64,000 nucleotides of DNA from an uncultured Actinomycetes bacterium (GCA_963706025.1 CAVPLM010000003.1:448001-512000); one strand, 5' to 3'. Positions 19,644 through 30,162 are shown, counted from the stretch's first letter. The notes: a model not told the origin generated them from the sequence alone. Numbers and translations: made by a program.

Positions 19644-21496
19644 AAGTGGCCGGAAAGACGGCAAATCAAGACGCCTTCACCCTCGGGGTCCTGCGCAGCC
19701 TGATGGAGTCGATCCCGTTGGAGATGGCCGAGGTGCTCAAACGTACCTCGTATCACCCCATTTTCAACGAGGTCCTCGATTTCTCCACGGCCCTGCTTGA
19801 TAGCGAGGGGCGTCTCATCGCCTCCTCGATGGGGGTGGCGGTTCACCTGGGGGCGCTCGAGCTCAGCGCCAAGGCGATCGTCGGCCACTTCGGCAAGGAG
19901 AACCTGAAGAAGGGCGACGTGCTAATCCACAACAACCCCTTCCCCGGCGGCACGCACCTGCCGGACGTGGACGTGATAACGCCCGTCTATCACAGGGGCG
20001 AGTTGGTCGCCTACTCCGTGTCCCGAGGGCACCACGGCGACATCGGGGGCATGCATCCCGGCAGCTTCGCCGGGGACACCGTGAGCATCTTTCAGGAGGG
20101 GGTGCGCATACCGCCGATCAAGCTGTACGACCAGGGTGTCCTCAACGAGGGGGTGAAAGACCTCTTCCTGGCCAACGTCCGGGTGCCTCAGTTCTCGTGG
20201 GGCGATCTTCAAGCGCAGGTGGCCGGCTGCCGTCTGGGCGAGAGGCGCATCGAGGAGCTGTTCGAGAAACACGGCGCAGACTCCATGAGGGCGGCCATGG
20301 AGTGGGCCATGGACTACTCCGAGCAGCTGATGCGCGCCGAAATCGAGAGGATGCCCGACGGCACCTACACCTTCGAGGACTTCCTGGACAACGACGGCAT
20401 CGACAAGGATCGGCCGGTCAAGATCCACGTGCGGGTCACCATTGAAGGCAGCGACATCACCATGGATTTCAGCGGCTCCGACGCTCAGGTGAAGGGACCT
20501 GCCAACTGCGTCCTCGGGGTCGTGTACTCGGCCACCTACTGCGCCATGTTCAACTTGACCGATCCCGCTATCCCCAAGAACCACGGCTGCTACCGTCCTA
20601 TCACCATCATCGCCCCTGAGGGCCGGGTAGTGAACGCCAGATTCCCGGCGCCGGTGGTGAGCGGCAACACCGAGACCTCGTTGCGGATAATCGACACCAT
20701 CAGCGGGGCTCTGGCCCGGGTCATCCCCGAGAGAGTGATCGGGGCGGATTCGGGCACGGCGACGGCTCACATCGCCGGCGGCTTCGATCCGAGAACGGGC
20801 GATTACTACGCCTGGTATCTGGGCTCCGATCCTACCGCCTGGGGCGCGCGGGCGACCAAGGACGGCTTCGAGCTGGCCGGGGGGCCGCGCATCGGCGGTA
20901 GCGTCTCGCAGGTGGCCATGGAGGTGTTCGAGACCAGGTATCCCTTCTTGGTGGAGGAGTACTCCTTCTATCCCGATTCGGGCGGACCGGGCAGGTTCCG
21001 GGGCGGCATGTCGGGGGTGACCATCATGCGGCCGGTGGATCACGAGTGTGAGGTAGGCGGGTGTAACGATCGCTGCGTCATCCCGCCGTACGGCATCTTC
21101 GGCGGCATGCCGGGGCTGCACGGTGAGAACAAGATCATCCACGTTGATGGCAGTGAGACCCCCATCGACAGGGCCGGCGGCGAGATCGCTCGGGACGGCG
21201 ACATCCTGTACTTCAGGGCTCCGGGAGGGGGCGGTTACGGCGATCCTCTCGACCGTGATCTCGACTACCTGCAGCACGACATGGATATCGGCCTCGTGTC
21301 CAAGGAGAGCGCCTGTAGAGACTATGGTGCCGTTCTCGACGAGGCCACAGGAGCGATTGACCGCCAGGCTACTGAAGCAAACCGCGCCAAGCTCAAAGGA
21401 GAGTGGAACCGCGACCGGATCTTCATCGACCAGAAGACGAAGCCGTTCGCCCGGGAGGCATTCCGCATCGTGGAGATCGACGAGCAGATACCGTGA
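19640..21496 (+). CDS. hyuB: Hydantoinase B / oxoprolinase catalytic subunit
   Basis: EVLDFS, GGTHLPD, HHGDIGG, QEGVRIPP, DSGGPGRFRGG, GGGGYGDP. Confidence 0.93.
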   Translation: MKVAGKTANQDAFTLGVLRSLMESIPLEMAEVLKRTSYHPIFNEVLDFSTALLDSEGRLIASSMGVAVHLGALELSAKAIVGHFGKENLKKGDVLIHNNPFPGGTHLPDVDVITPVYHRGELVAYSVSRGHHGDIGGMHPGSFAGDTVSIFQEGVRIPPIKLYDQGVLNEGVKDLFLANVRVPQFSWGDLQAQVAGCRLGERRIEELFEKHGADSMRAAMEWAMDYSEQLMRAEIERMPDGTYTFEDFLDNDGIDKDRPVKIHVRVTIEGSDITMDFSGSDAQVKGPANCVLGVVYSATYCAMFNLTDPAIPKNHGCYRPITIIAPEGRVVNARFPAPVVSGNTETSLRIIDTISGALARVIPERVIGADSGTATAHIAGGFDPRTGDYYAWYLGSDPTAWGARATKDGFELAGGPRIGGSVSQVAMEVFETRYPFLVEEYSFYPDSGGPGRFRGGMSGVTIMRPVDHECEVGGCNDRCVIPPYGIFGGMPGLHGENKIIHVDGSETPIDRAGGEIARDGDILYFRAPGGGGYGDPLDRDLDYLQHDMDIGLVSKESACRDYGAVLDEATGAIDRQATEANRAKLKGEWNRDRIFIDQKTKPFAREAFRIVEIDEQIP

Positions 21497-21507
21497 CGGG
21501 AGCGCAC

Positions 21508-21915
21508 ATGAAGAAGAAGACCTATCCCCTGTACTACGCCGGCCAGAAGCAGAAGTTCGCCCGCTCGGTGGTCATTGGCGACCTCGTCTTCCTCTCCGGC
21601 ATGAGTGGCCGCACCATGGAGACCGGCGACGTCTCCTCCGACGACGTCAAGGAGCAGATGATCGTTGCTCTCGACAAGGTCCGCGCCGCCCTGGAAGAAG
21701 CCGGCAGCTCGATGGACCACATCGTCAAGACCGTGATCTATCTCAAGGACGTCAAGGACTACGATCTCATGCGGGCCACGGAGTGGGAGTACTACCGGAA
21801 GTACGCCCCCGGCTTGATCGAAGAGCCTCCGGCCAGCACCTTCATGCAGCCTGCGTCGCTGGCGCGGCCGAGCATGCTGGTCGAGATCGACGTCGTTGCC
21901 TGTCTTAAAGACTGA
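21508..21915 (+). CDS. Rid (YjgF/YER057c/UK114) family protein
   Basis: LVFLSG, ALEEAGSSMDHIVKTVIYL, PPAST, LVEID. Confidence 0.88.
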   Translation: MKKKTYPLYYAGQKQKFARSVVIGDLVFLSGMSGRTMETGDVSSDDVKEQMIVALDKVRAALEEAGSSMDHIVKTVIYLKDVKDYDLMRATEWEYYRKYAPGLIEEPPASTFMQPASLARPSMLVEIDVVACLKD

Positions 21916-21928
21916 AGGAGGCTTCTCA

Positions 21929-22783
21929 GTGAAACTGTACGTTCTCGACTGCGGCCAGATCTGGGTGGAGGAAGCGTTCCTCTGGCACTTCGGCACCCAG
22001 GACTGTACCGGCAAGGACTACTGCGCGTCGCCCTTTCCCATCCGCAATGTCCAGTGGTACATCGACCACCCCAAAGGCAAGATCCTCTTCGACCTGGGGT
22101 TCCAGTACGACTTCTTCAAGAAGTTCGTCGGCTTCCCCCATCGGACCGGCCCCGAAGGCACCCACGTCAAGCAGGCGCCCGACCAGAATCCCATCGCGCA
22201 GTTGGCCAAGATCGGGGTCAAGCCCGAGGACATCGACTACGTGGTCATCTCCCATCTCATGAGCGAGCACGCGGGCTACCTGCCGCATTTCGCCGGCACC
22301 AAGGCCAAGATCGTGGTGCAGGAGGACGAGCAGGAATACGCCACCCGCATCGGGGTGCCGCCCCGCCCCGGGGACGAGCCGGCGGTAGAGCAGTTCCACT
22401 CCTGGATGTACGTACGCGAACTGTTTGAAGTGCCCGGTCTCGACTACATGTACATCAAAGGGGACTACGAGTTGGTGGGCAAGGACGTGGAGATCCTTTC
22501 TCTCCCCGGCCACACCCCCGGCTTCCAGAACATGATGGTTCGCCTGCCGAAGACCGGCCCGGTGTTCCTCTCGGCCTGCGAGCACCGCGGGATGTACTAC
22601 GACATCCCTGTCAACGGCTATGCGCCGGGGATTCCGCATGCCTTCACCTGGTCGGCCGCCGGAGAGTTGCACAGCTTCAAACGGGTCCGGGACCTGGTGG
22701 AGAAAGAAGAGGGCCAGATCTTCTTCGGTCATGACCAGGAGCAGTTCCTTACCTTGAAATCCGCGCCGGAGTGCTACGAGTGA
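21929..22783 (+). CDS. Metallo-beta-lactamase fold, AHL-lactonase-like hydrolase
   Basis: KLYVLDCG, ILFDLG, SHLMSEHAG, PGHTPG, FFGHD. Confidence 0.8.
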   Translation: MKLYVLDCGQIWVEEAFLWHFGTQDCTGKDYCASPFPIRNVQWYIDHPKGKILFDLGFQYDFFKKFVGFPHRTGPEGTHVKQAPDQNPIAQLAKIGVKPEDIDYVVISHLMSEHAGYLPHFAGTKAKIVVQEDEQEYATRIGVPPRPGDEPAVEQFHSWMYVRELFEVPGLDYMYIKGDYELVGKDVEILSLPGHTPGFQNMMVRLPKTGPVFLSACEHRGMYYDIPVNGYAPGIPHAFTWSAAGELHSFKRVRDLVEKEEGQIFFGHDQEQFLTLKSAPECYE

Positions 22784-22888
22784 GCACCAGCCGACCGTCA
22801 CGAGGGGAGGGTGATTGGGCAGTCGACATGGGAACGGGCAACGAGAAAGGAGCAGGAAGTGAGCAACGGAGGGGGAGGATCGAACGAC

Positions 22889-24337
22889 GTGAAAGATGAC
22901 ACTGGGAAAGCGGCGGACGCCGGGATCAGCCGGCGGGAGTTTCTCAAGATCGCAGGGGTTGCCGGCGCCGCTGTAGGGCTGAGTGCCGGCCTGGGCGGGC
23001 TGCTCGCCGCCTGCGGAGAAGAGGAGACCACTACAACATCCGGGGCGGTGACAACTCAGGCGACGACCGCGACCACGGCGGCGGCCAGCACGACCACAGT
23101 GAGCGTCGCGGCGGAGATGGGGCGCGAGATCAAGGTAGGCTGCGTGATGCCCAAGACAGGCCCCCTGGCGGCCTTCGGTCCGGCGGACGAATGGGCCGCC
23201 GGGTTGACGGCCGAGGTGGTAGGGGACGGGATCATCCTTGGTGACGGTAAGAAGCACCCGATCACTTTTGTGCTGAGAGACTGCCAATCCGACTCCAACA
23301 GAGCTGCCCAGATAGCGGGCGACCTCATCAACAACGACAAGGTCGACATACTCTTGGGCTCGGTGACTCCCGACGTCACGAACCCGGCTGCGGATCAGGC
23401 CGAGGCCATGGAGACACCTTTCCTTACCAGCTACGCTCCGTGGCAGGCCTTCGTGTTCGGGCGGGGGGCGGATCTGAACACCGCTTTCAAGTGGACCTTC
23501 GCCCATTCGATGGGCACGGAGCAGATGGGATACAGCATCATCGGGGCCGTAGATCAGATTCCCAACAACAAGATGGTTGCACTTATCACCATGAACAATC
23601 CCGACGGCAATGCCTGGCTGGACGAGCAATTCGGGACCCCGGTAGCCCTGCGAGAATATGGCTACGAGTTGGTCGCCACCGCCCAGTTCAACCTGGGCTC
23701 CGAAGACTTCACCAAGGAGATCGCCACTTTCAAGAAGGCGGGCGCCGACGTACTGATCGCCGCAATGCAACCGCCGGATTTCACCAATTTCTGGAAGCAA
23801 TCGATGCAGCAGGGGTTCACTCCCAAGATACCGAGTGGAGGGCTGGGTATCACGATGCCCCCGGGTGTGAGCGGCATCGGCCCGCAGGCCGTCGGCCTGA
23901 TCATCGAGCACGGGTGGACTCGGGACTATCTCTACATCGATCCTCTCACCGGGATGAATTGCCCGCAGTTGGCTGAGCGATGGGAGAAAGACACCGGCCT
24001 CCAAGAGCAATTGTCCATCGGCTTCCTGGACAAGTTCGCGTGGACCATCGACGTCCTCAAGCGCACCAAGGACCCGGACGACAAGGAGACGATCCTCGAG
24101 GCCATCAAGACTACGAAGATGGAAAGCATAACGGGTCCCATCGACTTCACCGCCCCGATCGACGCCGATCCGACCACAACGGACAGCTTCCGGCCGCATC
24201 CCAATGTCTCGAAGCCTGTGTGGACCGGTGCGCAATGGATCAAAGGGACGAAATACCCGGTCGACGCGGCGACTGTCAACAACGTATTGGCGCCGACGGT
24301 TCCGACGGTTCCGACGGTCCCGTACGTGTACTCGTGA
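22889..24337 (+). CDS. Tat-exported LivJ-type substrate-binding lipoprotein
   Basis: ISRREFLK twin-arginine, LAAC lipobox, IKVG..PKTGPLAAFG. Confidence 0.88.
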   Translation: MKDDTGKAADAGISRREFLKIAGVAGAAVGLSAGLGGLLAACGEEETTTTSGAVTTQATTATTAAASTTTVSVAAEMGREIKVGCVMPKTGPLAAFGPADEWAAGLTAEVVGDGIILGDGKKHPITFVLRDCQSDSNRAAQIAGDLINNDKVDILLGSVTPDVTNPAADQAEAMETPFLTSYAPWQAFVFGRGADLNTAFKWTFAHSMGTEQMGYSIIGAVDQIPNNKMVALITMNNPDGNAWLDEQFGTPVALREYGYELVATAQFNLGSEDFTKEIATFKKAGADVLIAAMQPPDFTNFWKQSMQQGFTPKIPSGGLGITMPPGVSGIGPQAVGLIIEHGWTRDYLYIDPLTGMNCPQLAERWEKDTGLQEQLSIGFLDKFAWTIDVLKRTKDPDDKETILEAIKTTKMESITGPIDFTAPIDADPTTTDSFRPHPNVSKPVWTGAQWIKGTKYPVDAATVNNVLAPTVPTVPTVPYVYS

Positions 24338-24367
24338 GTCAATCAGTAGATACCTGACCCCGTTGAA

Positions 24368-24406
24368 GGGCCGCTCCGCAGTCTAAGGACGGTTGCGGAG
24401 CGGCCC
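24368..24406 (+). terminator. Intergenic stem-loop
   Basis: gggccgctccgca-n13-tgcggagcggccc, perfect 13-bp stem. Confidence 0.6.
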
Positions 24407-24443
24407 AAGAGTTCCGAAAGCGGGACGTCGAGAGAAGGGTGGA

Positions 24444-25332
24444 ATGCATGCATCGAGTGCTTTTGCCGTTTGAGTTCGCCGAGCCCGCAACGGTGGGCGA
24501 AGTGAGTTGAGCTGGTCGACGGTCGAAAAGCCAGGGTGCTTGCCGGGGGCGTGGATCTGGTTTTGAAGATGAGGCTGCGTGAGATCCTGCCGGAGAAGGT
24601 GGTCAGCCTTCAGAAGGTGTCCGGCCTGGACTACGTACAAGGGAACGGGTCTGGGTTGAGATTCGGCCCTCTGGCGAGCCTGAGGCAGATCGAGCTGTCG
24701 TCGGTCGTGCGCGAGGGTTGGCCCCTTCTGGCCGAGGCCTTGGGCTCGATCGTCTCCGTGCAGACCAAGGTCATGGGCACGGCCGTCGGCAATCTCTGTG
24801 TGGGCACTCCTGCATCCGACGTGGCTCCCGCACTCTATGCCCTGGGGGCCAGAGTGAGAGATCACGGGAGTCGATGCCGTACGGGAGATCCCCATCGAGG
24901 AGTTCTTCGTCGACGTGGGCAAGACGGCAGTCGGCCCCCACGAGATCGTCACCGAGATCTTCATACCGAGACCACCGGCAGGGTCCAGCGGGGCCTATGT
25001 GAAGCTGTCGAAGACCTCGGAGGACATCGCCAAGGTGAACGCCGCCGTTGCGCTGACGATCGCAGACGGCGTGTTCACGGACGCGAAGATCGCTCTTGGC
25101 TCCGTGGCCCCGACCCCGATCCGAGCAATGGAGGCCGAGCAGTTGCTGCGAGGCAGGGGAATGAGCGCCGGGGCGATCGCGGAGGCGGCGGAAGCGGCTG
25201 CTGAAGCCGCCACGCCGATATCCGACGTTCGCTCGACCGCGGCGTATCGCAAGGAGATGGTCAGGGTCTTGGTCAGAGACGCGCTCGACAAGGCAGTCTC
25301 GAGGGCTGTCGGCAGGAGGGGGGAGATCATGA
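24444..25332 (+). CDS. Xanthine-dehydrogenase-family FAD subunit (CoxM-like), frameshifts
   Basis: LAGGVDL, GTAVGNLC..PASD, ALGSVAPTP, PISDVRSTAAYR. Confidence 0.85.
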
Positions 25333-25817
25333 CTAAGCAGATTGCAGCCTTCACGGTGAACGGCGGCGAATACGAGGTCATCATCGAGCCCCACATGCTC
25401 CTGATCGACGTGCTGAGGGACAAGCTGGGCCTCACGGGGACGAAGTATGCCTGCGGCGCCGGCGACTGCGGCGCCTGCACGGTCTTGATCGACGGCAAAC
25501 CCTCGTTCTCCTGTCTGACTCTGGCGGTCACCGCTGTTGGCAAGAGCATCACGACCATCGAAGGACTGGCCGACGGGGCCGAGCTGCATCCGATACAGCA
25601 GGCCTTCGTGGATAAGGGCGCGATCCAGTGCGGTTTCTGCACGCCGGGCATGATCCTCTCGACGAAGGCGCTGCTCGACGAGAACCCGGCGCCAACGCGC
25701 GACGAGATCAAGAGCGCTCTGGCCGGCAACCTTTGCCGGTGCACGGGCTACGTGAAGATCATCGACGCGGTCGAGGTCGCGGCCGGAATGATGAGAAACG
25801 GGGGTCAAGGATCATGA
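25329..25817 (+). CDS. [2Fe-2S] subunit (CoxS-like)
   Basis: GTKYACGAGDCGACTV, QCGFCTPG, GNLCRCTGY. Confidence 0.93.
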   Translation: MTKQIAAFTVNGGEYEVIIEPHMLLIDVLRDKLGLTGTKYACGAGDCGACTVLIDGKPSFSCLTLAVTAVGKSITTIEGLADGAELHPIQQAFVDKGAIQCGFCTPGMILSTKALLDENPAPTRDEIKSALAGNLCRCTGYVKIIDAVEVAAGMMRNGGQGS

Positions 25818-28123
25818 CCGAGAGTCTTCACTACGTCGGAAAGAGACTGACGCGGCCGGATGTCGCGGCCAAGGCGACCGGTGCCGCCATGTATGGAGCA
25901 GACCTGGCGCTTCCGGGCATGCTTATCGGGAGGATCCTGGCCAGCCCCCATGCGCACGCGAACATCGTCAGCATCGACACCTCCAGGGCCAGGGCCCTTC
26001 CGGGGGTCGCGGCCGTGATCACCCACGCAGACGTACCCAAGCGGAACTTCACTCGATCGGTGATGGCGGAAGGCATGCCTCCGTTCGCCTACGAAGGAGA
26101 GAATCAGGACCAGTTCATTCTCTCGGAGAAGGCGCGCTATGTGGGCGACTGGATCGCCGCCGTTGCCGCTGTTGACATCTACACCGCTGAAAAGGCGCTG
26201 GATCTCATCGAGGTTGTGTACGAACCCCTGCCCGCGGTGTTCGACCCCGAGGAGGCCTTGAAGCCGGGCGCGCCGGTGATCCACGATCGGTGGCAGGGTA
26301 ACGTGGCTGCCGTCATAGAGCATCCTTTCACTCGGGGTGACCTGGAGAAGGCCCTGGCGGAATCCGATCACGTGGTCGAGTTCAGTGGCCGAAACTCCCG
26401 GCAGAAACAGGCTCACATGGAACCCGATGTGGCTCTGGCCCGCTGGGATGAAGAGGGAAGGCTCACCATCTGGTCTCCCAACCAAAACCCCCATCTGGCT
26501 AAGAAGACCATGGCTCGTAGAGTATTCGGCATCGGAGAGGGCAAAGTACGCTGGATCTCCACCATCGTGGGGGGCGGTTTCGGAGCCAGGATGAGCTTCG
26601 GCGTCGAGCCCGTGTGCGCGCTCCTGGCCAAGGTCACGGGCAAACCGGTCAAGGTGGTCGTCACCAGAGAAGAGGACTTCTCGGGATACAACAGCCGGAC
26701 CGAACAGCGTCAGACGATACGACTGGGCGTGACCAAAGACGGCACGGTGACGGCCATCGAGCAGACCATCCTGTCGGATTCCGGCGCTTACTTCTCTCAC
26801 AGCGGCTCGATCTCGGCCGTCAACATGCAGGCGACTCTGGGCCTGCTGCGGTCCCCGGTCGTCGCCGGCAAGGCCACCGTCGCCTACTCGAACAACCCCA
26901 CGTCGAGCGGCATGAGGGGGTACGGGAACCCCGAAGGCTCCTTCGTCCTTCAGCAGGCCATCGACATGGCCGCTGAAAAGTGCGGGATGGACCCGGTCGA
27001 GTTCCGGTTGAAGAACGCGAGGGGGGTCGGCGAGCCCAGCATGTGGGAGCCCGTGGTCCTGGATAGCTGCAACCTGGACCGGTGCATCAAAGTAGGCGCG
27101 GAAAGGATCGGTTGGAAAGACAAGTGGCAGGGCTGGGGGAAGAAGAAGGAAGGGCGCTTCAGGCGCGGCGTTGGCATGTCCATCATGACGCATGCCAGCG
27201 GCGCGGGCGGCTTTCTGCTCGAACACTCCAACGCCATCCTCAAGCTCCATGAAGACGGATCCGCTCAACTCACGGTGAGTCCCTGCGAAATGGGCCAAGG
27301 GATCCTGGGGGTTCTCGCTCAGATCGCCGCGGAGGCCGCGGGACTGAGGTATGAGGATATCCACGTCATGAGCGGAGATACCGACATCACCCTGTTCGAC
27401 ATCGGTTCCCATGCCAGCCGGTCCACGTATGTCGTCGGGAACGCGGTGGTGGACGCCGGTCTCAAGGTCAAGGAGATCCTGCTGGCACGGGCAGCCAAAC
27501 GGCTGGACACGACCGCAGGCGAGTTGGAGGTCGAAGACGGTCAGGTCTACCTGAAGGCGGACCCGGCGAGAGCGGTCAGCGTGGCCGAGCTATCCCACGA
27601 TGCCATATATGAGTACGGCACCGACGGGCAGCACATCACGGCCACGGGCACGTACCAATCGGTCACGCATTGCCCGAATTTCCAGGCAGGTTTCGTCGAG
27701 GTAGAGGTGGATACCGAGACCGGCGTGATCAAGGTCCTTCGCTTCGTGATCGCCCATGACATCGGCAGGGCCATCAATCCTCAGAACGTCGAAGGGTGTT
27801 TGCAGGGTGGGGCCGCTCAGGGGGTCGGCTACGCCTTGAGCGAGGATCTGGTGATAGATGACAAGACCGGGAAGGTCGTGAGCGACAGCTTCGCCACCTA
27901 CAAGATGCTCTCGACGCTCGACATGCCGGAGGTGGAGATCATCCTCGTTGAGGAACCCGCCCCCACAGGTCCCTTCGGGGCCAAAGGTGTGGGCGAGCCG
28001 GGGATGACCAACGTGGCTCCGGCGATCGCGAACGCCCTCTATGACGCGGTCGGCATCAGGATCCATTCCCTGCCCATGACGCCCGAGAAAGTCCTCGAAG
28101 CCCTACAGAGCAAGAGGACGTGA
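25814..28123 (+). CDS. Xanthine-dehydrogenase-family molybdopterin subunit
   Basis: GGGFGAR, MRGYGNP, EMGQG, GSHASRS, GAKGVGE. Confidence 0.93.
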   Translation: MTESLHYVGKRLTRPDVAAKATGAAMYGADLALPGMLIGRILASPHAHANIVSIDTSRARALPGVAAVITHADVPKRNFTRSVMAEGMPPFAYEGENQDQFILSEKARYVGDWIAAVAAVDIYTAEKALDLIEVVYEPLPAVFDPEEALKPGAPVIHDRWQGNVAAVIEHPFTRGDLEKALAESDHVVEFSGRNSRQKQAHMEPDVALARWDEEGRLTIWSPNQNPHLAKKTMARRVFGIGEGKVRWISTIVGGGFGARMSFGVEPVCALLAKVTGKPVKVVVTREEDFSGYNSRTEQRQTIRLGVTKDGTVTAIEQTILSDSGAYFSHSGSISAVNMQATLGLLRSPVVAGKATVAYSNNPTSSGMRGYGNPEGSFVLQQAIDMAAEKCGMDPVEFRLKNARGVGEPSMWEPVVLDSCNLDRCIKVGAERIGWKDKWQGWGKKKEGRFRRGVGMSIMTHASGAGGFLLEHSNAILKLHEDGSAQLTVSPCEMGQGILGVLAQIAAEAAGLRYEDIHVMSGDTDITLFDIGSHASRSTYVVGNAVVDAGLKVKEILLARAAKRLDTTAGELEVEDGQVYLKADPARAVSVAELSHDAIYEYGTDGQHITATGTYQSVTHCPNFQAGFVEVEVDTETGVIKVLRFVIAHDIGRAINPQNVEGCLQGGAAQGVGYALSEDLVIDDKTGKVVSDSFATYKMLSTLDMPEVEIILVEEPAPTGPFGAKGVGEPGMTNVAPAIANALYDAVGIRIHSLPMTPEKVLEALQSKRT

Positions 28124-28133
28124 CCGGATCCCC

Positions 28134-28574
28134 ATGAAGACCACGAAATACCCCGCCAGATACCCGGTGAAGGTGCGCTTCAGCCGTTCGGTCGTCGTAG
28201 GTGACTATGTGTTCGTGTCGGGATGCAGTGGTCAGACTCTCGAGACCTTCCACGCCTCTTCGGATGATGTAGCAGAACAGACGGAGGTCGCTCTCGACAA
28301 GGTCAGGGGAGCGATCGAGGAAGCTGGGGCCTCCCTGAACGACCTGGTCAAGAGTGTCATCTATCTCACCCGGATAGAGGACCAGCGGGAGGTGGAAGAC
28401 AGGATTCAGGACTACTACCGGAGGTACGCGCCTGGTCTGATAGAGGAGCCGCCGGCCGAGACCCTGGTCTGCGTTCCGGGGCTGCACGAACCGGATCTGT
28501 TGGTAGAGATCGACAGCGTTGCCGTGATTCCGGATGCAACGCCGCGAATGAAGAACACTAAGGAGTCCAAATGA
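28134..28574 (+). CDS. Rid-family protein (paralog of 21508-21915)
   Basis: FSRSVVVGDYVFVSG, YYRRYAPGLIEEPPAET, LVEID. Confidence 0.88.
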   Translation: MKTTKYPARYPVKVRFSRSVVVGDYVFVSGCSGQTLETFHASSDDVAEQTEVALDKVRGAIEEAGASLNDLVKSVIYLTRIEDQREVEDRIQDYYRRYAPGLIEEPPAETLVCVPGLHEPDLLVEIDSVAVIPDATPRMKNTKESK

Positions 28575-29365
28575 GGATTATCGACCCCCATCTCCATCTT
28601 GACCGCATGAAGGGCAAGGATGTAGAGACCCTTTCCATTGCCGGAGTCGAGGGCGCGGTCCTTCCGACACCCCACATGCTGCAGTGGATGGTCTCCGCGG
28701 AGACGCTCTTCAGAATGTGGCGCATGTTCCTCGACTTCGAAGTCAAGCATTCCGAGTCACTGGGTATCAAGGTCTTCGTGACCCTCAGCGTTCCCTTCTA
28801 CGGACTGGATACCGAGTCGGTGGCCGAGGCCCTGAAGCAGATGCCGGAATACCTCGATCATCCCTCCGTCGTGGGATTGGGGGAGATCGGCATGGATGCC
28901 GGGATCGCGGATGAAGAGAAACTGTTCCGCAGTCAGCTGGCCATCGCCAAGGAACACAACAAGCCGGTCATCGTTCACACTCCTACGCCCCTGGAGCCCC
29001 AAGCGGTGGACGTCTGCCGCCAGATCATCAAGGTCATCGAGAGCGAGCGTTTTCCTATGGATAGGGTGGTGTTCGATCACACCGGCAAAGAGAGTCTCAA
29101 GGATCGTTTAGATACCGGAGCCATGGTCGGGCTGAGTCTTTGCTACGACAAGCTGCGGCCGGAAGATGCAGCCGAGATAGTGGCGGAGAATCCGGAGTAC
29201 CGGAGCCAGCTCCTCGTCAACTCCGAGTTCGGTTACGCGGGAGAAGGGTATTTCTCCGTGCCTCGCTCGGTCCTTTCCATGCGCAGGCTGGGACTCAAGC
29301 GAGACGTGATCGAGGGCGTCACCTGGGACAACCCGAAGAGGTTCTTCGACCTTGCCATCGACTGA
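28571..29365 (+). CDS. TatD-related metal-dependent amidohydrolase
   Basis: IIDPHLH, LGEIG, VIVHTP, FDH, DNPKRFF. Confidence 0.85.
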   Translation: MRIIDPHLHLDRMKGKDVETLSIAGVEGAVLPTPHMLQWMVSAETLFRMWRMFLDFEVKHSESLGIKVFVTLSVPFYGLDTESVAEALKQMPEYLDHPSVVGLGEIGMDAGIADEEKLFRSQLAIAKEHNKPVIVHTPTPLEPQAVDVCRQIIKVIESERFPMDRVVFDHTGKESLKDRLDTGAMVGLSLCYDKLRPEDAAEIVAENPEYRSQLLVNSEFGYAGEGYFSVPRSVLSMRRLGLKRDVIEGVTWDNPKRFFDLAID

Positions 29366-29405
29366 CGCACATCCGGTTCACCCCCTCATAAGGAAGTAGC
29401 ACGGC

Positions 29406-30162
29406 ATGATCCAGGTATTGGCCAAAGGACTGGAGGTGATCTCACTATTCGATGTGCTCCGCCCGGAGTGGACGATCGAGGAGATCTCTGAGGCGACCGG
29501 CTTCCCCAGGATGACCGTGTATCGTCTCGTCAAAACCATGGAGAGCTTGGGCTTCCTCGTCTGCGATCCGACGAATCGGTATCACTTGGGTCCGGGCCTC
29601 ATGGCGGCGGGTCGCCAGTTGTCGGAGCGCTATGCCGATCTGGTCAAGGTCGCCCGCCCGTACATCGAGGACCTTGCCTCGCAGACGCAGGAGATGGTGA
29701 CCCTTGCGGTGGAAGTCGACGGAGTTCCGGTGGAGGTCGATGAGATCTTCACCTCCCGGCCCTTCACGCGACCGCACGCCATCGGCCGGGTCTTTGGTTA
29801 TACGAACACCGCTCACGGGAAGGTCTTCATGGCCAGCAAGTCGCCCGCCGAGCGCGAGAAGATCCGGTTTGAGGTGACGACCCCGCAATCTAACGTCGAT
29901 CCCGAGGTCTTGTCCGCAGAGTTGGAGCGGGTAACGCAAGAAGGAGTCGCCTTACAATTACCAGGAGCGAGACATAGGGATATGCGCCGTCGCTGCTCCG
30001 GTCCGCGACCAAGCCGGGAAGGTCGTGGCTTGTATCGCCGTGCTGGCGCCTCCCGGCCGGTTCGGGGTGGAGCAGCGAGGATCACATGCCGAGGCGGTCA
30101 AAGCCACGGCCGCATCGCTATCGGCTTTCCTCGGGTACCTCGCCACCCGCCCGGAGGGTTGA
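29406..30162 (+). CDS. IclR-family regulator (frameshift near 29960)
   Basis: LAKGLEVISLF..TVYRLVKTM..YHLG; TAHGKVF; VAAPVRD in shifted frame. Confidence 0.88.

Noticed and set aside
24915-25817. Apparent fusion of the FAD subunit C-terminus with the [2Fe-2S] subunit
   Set aside because: The junction has a G homopolymer and an ATGA overlap at 25329; one indel restores two genes
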